From: the human T2T-CHM13v2.0 reference genome, Homo sapiens
DNA: 64,000 nt
NCBI RefSeq assembly: GCF_009914755.1
Contig: NC_060947.1
Strand: one strand, 5' to 3'
Below the pieces are notes generated by a model. That model worked only from the letters and a program-made list of their open reading frames with translations, ran no database searches and was not told where the DNA came from. Both the position numbers and the translations under genes were made by a program. Position 1 is the first letter of the stretch. The number at the start of each line of letters is the position of its first letter. This document shows positions 57,711 through 64,000 of this stretch, piece by piece.

Positions 57711-59709
57711 CTAACAGAAGTTTTCTTTTCTAATTCTTACTTCAAGAAGTAAGTAAGTATGAACGGGGACTACTGATCATCACAGAGATATTTATAGAGA
57801 CCGACTGTTATCTAAATCTCTGGTTCTAAGAAGACAGGCTGTGTTCTGGAAGCCCATGACTAAAATGGAGCATAGGTTGTCCCATCCATGCACCAGTCCC
57901 TCATCCCTCTCCTGCCACAACCAAACCTGTCTAAGCGATTACTGTACTCTTATGTACCATGATGACATATCCTTTCATAATACTAGGGTGTATGAGGAGA
58001 GGGACTCCCATGCCAACAACTACTCCTAGGTAGAATTAACCTGCTTAACCTGGGAAGACTCACCCAAATCCTTTCTGTATGTATTGCATATCATCCTACT
58101 AGGCCTACCTAGACCATCCCTAAGATTATCTTCTCCCATAATAGATAAAGCAAGAATACAAAATTATTTTCACCAAGACAATGGGCTCTGCAGGGCTAAA
58201 TCTAATAAGCTAAACAGGATGTTTCCTCTACACTCCTGGTGGCTTATTTTTGAATGCAAGCTCTTTTTTGGTACCCACAATACCACTGATTTCTGTAAAC
58301 ACAAATGCTTTACTTGTATGCGGACTGGAAATACATGTCTGTTGCTATGCAAGCCCTCCATAGAGGCCTTGTTATTGAATCACTTTTATAGTGAACGTTT
58401 CCAGTAAGTGTTGAGTACTAATTTTATTTGTCAATGAAGTCAATAATTGCCACAGAGAGGGTATGAGTTAGGGAGATGGGGAGAGAGGAGGGACAGAGCC
58501 TTCACCATGTTGTCCGGGGCCATATTGGGATTCAGATTGACTAATGACAAAAAGTTCCCTCTAGGCACCAGTGAGTCAGCTGACAAGCTGGCAATCACTC
58601 CCACAGTCTCTTTAAGCCTGCCTTTAAATAAAATTTTCTTAAAACTCCATACCTCTTCCTCTCATGTCACTTGCAACAAGATGAGTGTTATATTAGATTC
58701 CATCATATACTTTCAATTAAGGAGGCTTTGAAACATGTTGATGTAATTTGAATGCAGGTGTTTCATTTTTTTTGAAGGTGGGAAAATGATAGATTGCTCC
58801 TTTGGTGCCTAATGAACAGCTTGAGTCATTAACCAGGTAAATAAAGAAGGTATGGATGGCCCCTTTCTCCTTCATCATTTTAATTTTAATTTGCCTTATT
58901 ACAGGGAGCAATTCTGCCACTGACAGCATATTTCCTATCCCTCCTGCCTGGGTCACCAACAGACAAGTAGAAAGTTTGCCAAGTCACAGTGAATATCTAT
59001 ATCATTAGCTCATCCCATATCTGGATTTTGGCTACTCATGACATCAAAAGAAGGTTACAAAAAGGTCATTAAAATAAAAAAAAAAGAAAAATGTATTCAG
59101 AAAAGAAGCCAAGGGTAGAGAAAATTCAGTGATGAACAAAGTTCCTTTAGGACTCAGATAGCACTAGGCTTCTGGGGTATATGGGTTGGGAGGTCAGGAA
59201 AGAATCATACATTTGCCCAATGTCTGAAGGCTGAGATAATATAGTATGGCCTTGGATGCAGCAGAAAAATGCTGAGAGATCTGCCCCCACCTCCTCAACC
59301 ATCATCAGGCAACATTTCTTCCTCCTAATGGAGAGAAAAGAACAAATGTGGAGAGCCCTGGGTGAAGCAACATATTAGCTCAAGTTCTCTCAAGAGTGGT
59401 CCATGCTGTGTCTTTCATTATTAACTAAAAATCTTTTTACAAAAAAGGTAATAGTACCTACAGGTGGGAGGGACATAGAGGAATCATTAAAAGATGTCTA
59501 AAAGAGACTAAAGGTAAGCACAATTAGCAGTGTTGCCTTCAGCAAGTTCAACAGAGATCAGCCTTCTATGCAGAATCTCTGGCCTTCCTGTAATGCACAC
59601 TATTGAGAGAGACCAAGCACCTACACACATATGGATTTCCAGGTTGGAAAATTTTTTCTTTGCCTCTCATAATGAGGTGTCAGAAATTACCCAAGCACCA
59701 TCTTGCCAT

Positions 59710-59812
59710 AGCTCAAAATTGTAAGATGAAGAAACAGTCCTGATATCTACCTGTGAGTCTAGCTTAATATCGGAAGATGATGAATCAGTCCTGATATCTA
59801 CCTGTGAGCCTA
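59710..59812. repeat. 2 x 51-bp tandem duplication
   Basis: CAGTCCTGATATCTACCTGTGAG occurs twice, 51 bp apart. Confidence 0.9.
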
Positions 59813-59957
59813 TTAACAGCAAAGCTCCATTCACTGCAATACACATTAAAGCACAAAATTTCTTGAAGTGTCTTCACAGCGTTTTCAGGCTAAGTACTTT
59901 TAAATGGCTCAGGTATGGCTAAGGTCAGGCGGTAAGAAAGGAATGTCAAATGGAAGA

Positions 59958-60132
59958 CAGAAGCAGGTACATAATTAGTGGGTCCCAGTCCAAAATTAAA
60001 ATGTAGGGCCTTTGTTTAAAAATTGTTAAGAATTTCAAGACAGTGATAGCAGAGCATTAAGCCAACAATGGGACTCTTCTGAGCACAGAGCTCTGTTTGA
60101 CAGCACAAGACTCACCCATGAAGTGGGTTCTG
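59958..60132 (-). mobile_element. MER45A hAT-Tip100 MITE
   Basis: TTAAGAATTTCAAGAC..AGCAGAGCATTAA core, CAG...CTG termini. 8-bp TSD ATGGAAGA/GTGGAAGA. Confidence 0.88.
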
Positions 60133-60939
60133 GTGGAAGATATGGGTTTTTAAAGGAGATGTCTCTGAACAGTCAGTATCTCAGGACTGTATTTTTCCTC
60201 AGGTCGTCTATTTGCAAGAATTGTAGTGGGGCCAAAAAAAGAAGAAAGATATAAAGAAAAAAAATACATTGTGTTTTTGTCATTGTTGTTAGATTTTTGG
60301 TTTAACTTTTATTGATGTTCTTAATTCTTTAAACAGAATTATTCTGAAGAGGGTGGTGAGAAGATCAAATATAAGTTTGAACTGATATACGTGATCCACA
60401 ATCCCTCCAGACAGGAGTAGAAAAAAAAACCCTCCATATTTGTGCATCTTTAGGCTTAATCACCATTCTGCATTGGTAATCCTAGATTCAACTACAGTTA
60501 AACTGTGCTGTGTTCAAATATTATATGGTGTTCCTGTGGCACCCTGAAAAATTCATACATTGCTTCTGTCAGGGGAAAAAAATGGCCTTAAGATACTGAG
60601 CCTGCTACTGTAATAGTTTCTGTGAAATATTTGTAGAAACAGTAAGGGTTTTTTCATCTTTCTAAGAGGGAGCCCCCTAGTCCCAAATAGAGTCTTGTAA
60701 GACCTGGAAACATGAAGCACACTGGTCCTGCCATGAAAACATAAGATGTAATGTTATAGGGAGAAAGAGGTCTGTTGCTTAAAAGGTCATCACAGATATG
60801 ATCCCAGCTGTGTCCGTTAATTTTGTTTTCATATGATCACAGAATATTGAATACAAATCTTGTTTCAGAGAGAGCCTTGACCTTGGTGAGCCATCTTATA
60901 GTTCTAAAACTAATCATAATAAGATTTAAAAGAGAGTGG

Positions 60940-61195
60940 GTAGATGACTCAATATAATTTATCTCCAACCCAGACTTCTTTCCTGAGCTTTAGATTCATC
61001 TGTCTACCTGCATATAGAATATCTCCATCTGTACTTTCTTACAGGAATCTAAAACGCTACATATCCAATATTAAACTTCTCTCCCATTACAGTCCTAATC
61101 TTGTCCTTGCATCAGCATTCAACCTATTTATGCTGTTTCTGTCCAGTTGCATAAGCTAAGTCTTAAGAGTTATCCTTAATTCTTTATTCTCTCAT
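60940..61195 (+). mobile_element. L2 fragment
   Basis: GATGACTC..ATCTCCAACCCAGACTTCTTTCCTGAGCT. Confidence 0.65.
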
Positions 61196-61419
61196 TGTCA
61201 GTTCCTCAGGGCTGAAGTGCAAGTAGTAAAGTAATTTAAATATTAGGGAACAAAGTAAGTCATGTCTCAAAGATATATCACTATTGAGCCAAAAGAGTGA
61301 TTCCAGAATGGGTTGTCAACCCATGTGGTGTGGGTAGATGAACAGGAGAACTATAATAACTGAAGTACAGAGTCAAATGGAGGTCAATGAACCAGTGGCA
61401 ATAAAAGCAAGCAACAGTA

Positions 61420-61517
61420 AATAGCATCAAAAATAGATCTGGGTTCAAATCCCAATGCTACTGATTTGCTGTGTGGACAAAAGTAAGATTTACCCTTTTT
61501 TTGTTTGTAAAATAGAA
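61420..61517 (+). mobile_element. MIR fragment (5' part; 3' part at about 62290-62392)
   Basis: AGATCTGGGTTCAAATCCC...GCTGTGTG...TGTAAAAT. Confidence 0.6.
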
Positions 61518-61530
61518 CAGTAGGCAGTAA

Positions 61531-61743
<213 letters not shown>

Positions 61744-61955
61744 AGCAAACATTTTTCTAAAGGGCCAGGTAGCAAATATTTTAGGCTTTATAGGCCATAT
61801 GGTCTCCATCACAACTACTCAACTTGACAATCATAATATGAAAGTAGCCAGAGACAACGTGCACATGTTTTGGTGTGGTGGTGTTTCCAAACTTTATTTG
61901 CAAAAACAGACAGCAGGCCATTTTTGACCCACTGGCAGCAGTTTGGTCACCCCTG
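61744..61955 (+). mobile_element. MER58A hAT-Charlie MITE
   Basis: TAAAGGGCCAG.TAG.AAATATTTTAGGCTTT..CAACTACTCAAC..AACTTTATTT.CAAAAACAG..ACCCCTG. Confidence 0.88.
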
Positions 61956-62014
61956 GAATAGCCTATGCCATGTTAGCAAATTAACCTCCTTAAAGAGTGA
62001 ACATAATGAAAGTG

Positions 62015-62286
62015 TATTTACTGCTCACACATCACATCAGAGTGGACAAGAATAACTTCCTCTGTCTTGTAGCTAATATCGTATGAAATACATGGTCTCT
62101 AAGGTGGCATAGAAAGGAAGGAGAGTACTGAAGGATCCCATCAATCCATGAAGTTACTTATATATTTTGTACTCATATCCCATTGGCCAAAATCCAGTTT
62201 CATGGCTCCAATCTACTGTATCTGAGCCTAGAAAAATGTACAGTAGTATATGAATGTTTGGTTAGCAACTCACAGTTGTTGCCATG
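62015..62286. mobile_element. Old MLT1 (K/L-like) LTR fragment
   Basis: CTCATATCCCATTGGCCA.AA..AGT..CATGGC motif. Confidence 0.5.
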
Positions 62287-62289
62287 TGA

Positions 62290-62392
62290 AGTGACAATAA
62301 TTTCTGTCTTGTATGATTGTGAGGATTAAATGTTTATGAAACATTTAGCAAAGTGCCTGACACATAAGCAGCACTCAATAAATGTTCAGTCA
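62290..62392 (+). mobile_element. MIR 3' fragment
   Basis: TTGTGAGGATTAAATG..AGTGCCTGACACATA..CACTCAATAAATGTT. Confidence 0.75.
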
Positions 62393-63135
62393 CTCCCAAT
62401 TCCTTCTTTCTGATCATTTCACTAGTTGACAGGCCATAAAATGCCCTTCACACTCACACAGAGCTACTTACTGAATTAACACCCACATGCCTTTTCATAC
62501 TCTCTTTCCTCAACTTTTCCCTCTTTGTCATTTCTACCTAATACCTATTCACTCATCTTCCATACTTTTGCTCAAATATGATGTTTCTTTCCTTTAACTT
62601 TCCCAGGCAGAGTGACTCGGGTCCCTGCTCTTATACCACCACGTAGTATACACCATAAGTAGGGTAACTGGCATTGTGTAATATTAATTGTACACGTATA
62701 CCTTCTCCACCAGACTCTGAACTCTGAGGACAGAGCAATGTCATTCATGTCTGTACTTTGGCATTTAATATATATATACGCACACACACACACACACACT
62801 GACAGTCAGTAAGTGGTCATCGAACTCAATGGTGGGAATGTCAGGTTCTAGGCAATCTGAAGTCATGTTGGGAGGGTGTTGAGAAAAATGAGGACCATTC
62901 ACTGCTTATGCCAGCTATAGCCTCAGTGTTTTATTGGTACCTCCACAGCATGAGGCCTGGCGAAGAAGCAGCACTTAATAAAAGTTTGCTAAAACCTGCA
63001 TAAAGGAGAAAAGGGGAAAAGATGGTTATGGTTATTTGTCACTATCTAATCACCAAAATATTTTTCCTTTTTACAGAATCTAGTCTATCGAGGGGAAGAG
63101 TTGACCAAATTCAGGCAAAGCAATCTGTGTGAATA

Positions 63136-63136
<1 letters not shown>

Positions 63137-63166
<30 letters not shown>
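63137..63166. repeat. (TA)15 microsatellite
   Basis: Seen directly. Confidence 0.95.
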
Positions 63167-63168
<2 letters not shown>

Positions 63169-63594
63169 AGAACATATTTATTGTCATTCCAGAGTAGGTC
63201 TATCTAGAATAATTGTAAAGCCCCTGGAGCCAGCCATCTATATCCCAGGAAACATTGACCCTAAAACCTGGGGTTTCTCACTGCTGAGTGTTCAGCATTT
63301 CTATTTAGAGGACTTCCAGAGTAGCATCAGTACTATCTATTCTGCTACATCACTCACTCTCAGTAGGAATAAAAAAAAAGTACTGATTTTTAAAAAATAG
63401 GTTTTGGTTTTTCAGCTTACCTTTTTAAATAATGTGTGTTTTTTCATCCTCCACTGTATTTAGTGCTTCTCTATCTTCATTATTGTTATTAAAATAGCAA
63501 TAACAATCAAAGCTGTCATTTGTTGCACACACTCATTGTGTCAGCTACTTTATACAAACCCTATTAACCACTTTGGAAATTTAAAAATACATCT

Positions 63595-64000
63595 CACTGC
63601 TGCTGCCACTGACTGAACAAAGCAGATTGGCCAGCACTTGTCATCAGAGTGTTTTTGTCCTTGTCCCCTCCAGCACAGCAGGAGCTTAACCTCAAGGGGC
63701 TGGAGAACAAAGCCTTAGCCCTTGTACCAGTCCTCCAGGGTTAGAGCACATAGCCCAGGAGTGCTGAGCTGAGTTGTGACCCCCTGAAGTAAGGCAGAAA
63801 CAATGTCAGTTGAATCAACCCAACTTATACCACAGTCAGAACCCTCAAGGGCAACAAAGAATATAAAATTAAAAAGCCCCACCCAAAGGACAGTAACTTC
63901 AATCACCAAAGGAACATCATCCCACACAGATGAGAAAGAACCAGTGCAAGAACTCTGGCAACTCAAAAAGCCAGAGCATCTCTTTCCTCCAAATGACCAT
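63595..64000 (+). mobile_element. Older primate L1 (L1P4/L1PA15-16-like) 5'UTR end and ORF1 start, running off the window
   Basis: CCCAGGAGTGCTGAGCTGAG, AACTTATACCACA, and ORF1 start ATGAGAAAGAACCAGTGCAAGAACTCTGGC at 63930. Confidence 0.8.

Noticed and set aside
59710-59812. Repeat-spacer-repeat pattern resembling CRISPR
   Set aside because: Only two copies, and the 'spacer' is also homologous to the preceding sequence. It is a simple 51-bp tandem duplication in eukaryotic DNA with no cas genes.
63040-63135. Strong + strand acceptor TTTTCCTTTTTACAG followed by frame NLVYRGEELTKFRQSNLCE
   Set aside because: No convincing donor and no recognisable protein similarity.

Overview
AT-rich, repeat-dense primate (human/great-ape-like) genomic DNA, judged from AluY/AluS/AluJ, L1PA/L1PB/L1M, MaLR and ERV solo LTRs, Tigger/hAT MITEs, L2, MIR and L3. 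I can support no host protein-coding gene. The ORF-track entries are decayed L1 ORF1/ORF2 pieces, Alu- or microsatellite-derived frames, or chance ORFs, so the window reads as a gene desert or a very large intron. Repeat subfamily names are from my recall of consensus sequences and need RepeatMasker/Dfam confirmation. The most notable observations are: (1) a TSD-flanked L1PB1 whose 5'UTR appears to have lost a GT-AG intron before integration (an old SpIRE-like element); (2) two L1MA 3' halves in tandem that start at the same ORF2 coordinate; (3) a 270-bp locally templated duplication with a snap-back junction that truncates a Tigger3; (4) a four-deep nest of insertions with intact TSDs; (5) a 61-nt pre-miRNA-like hairpin in unique DNA.
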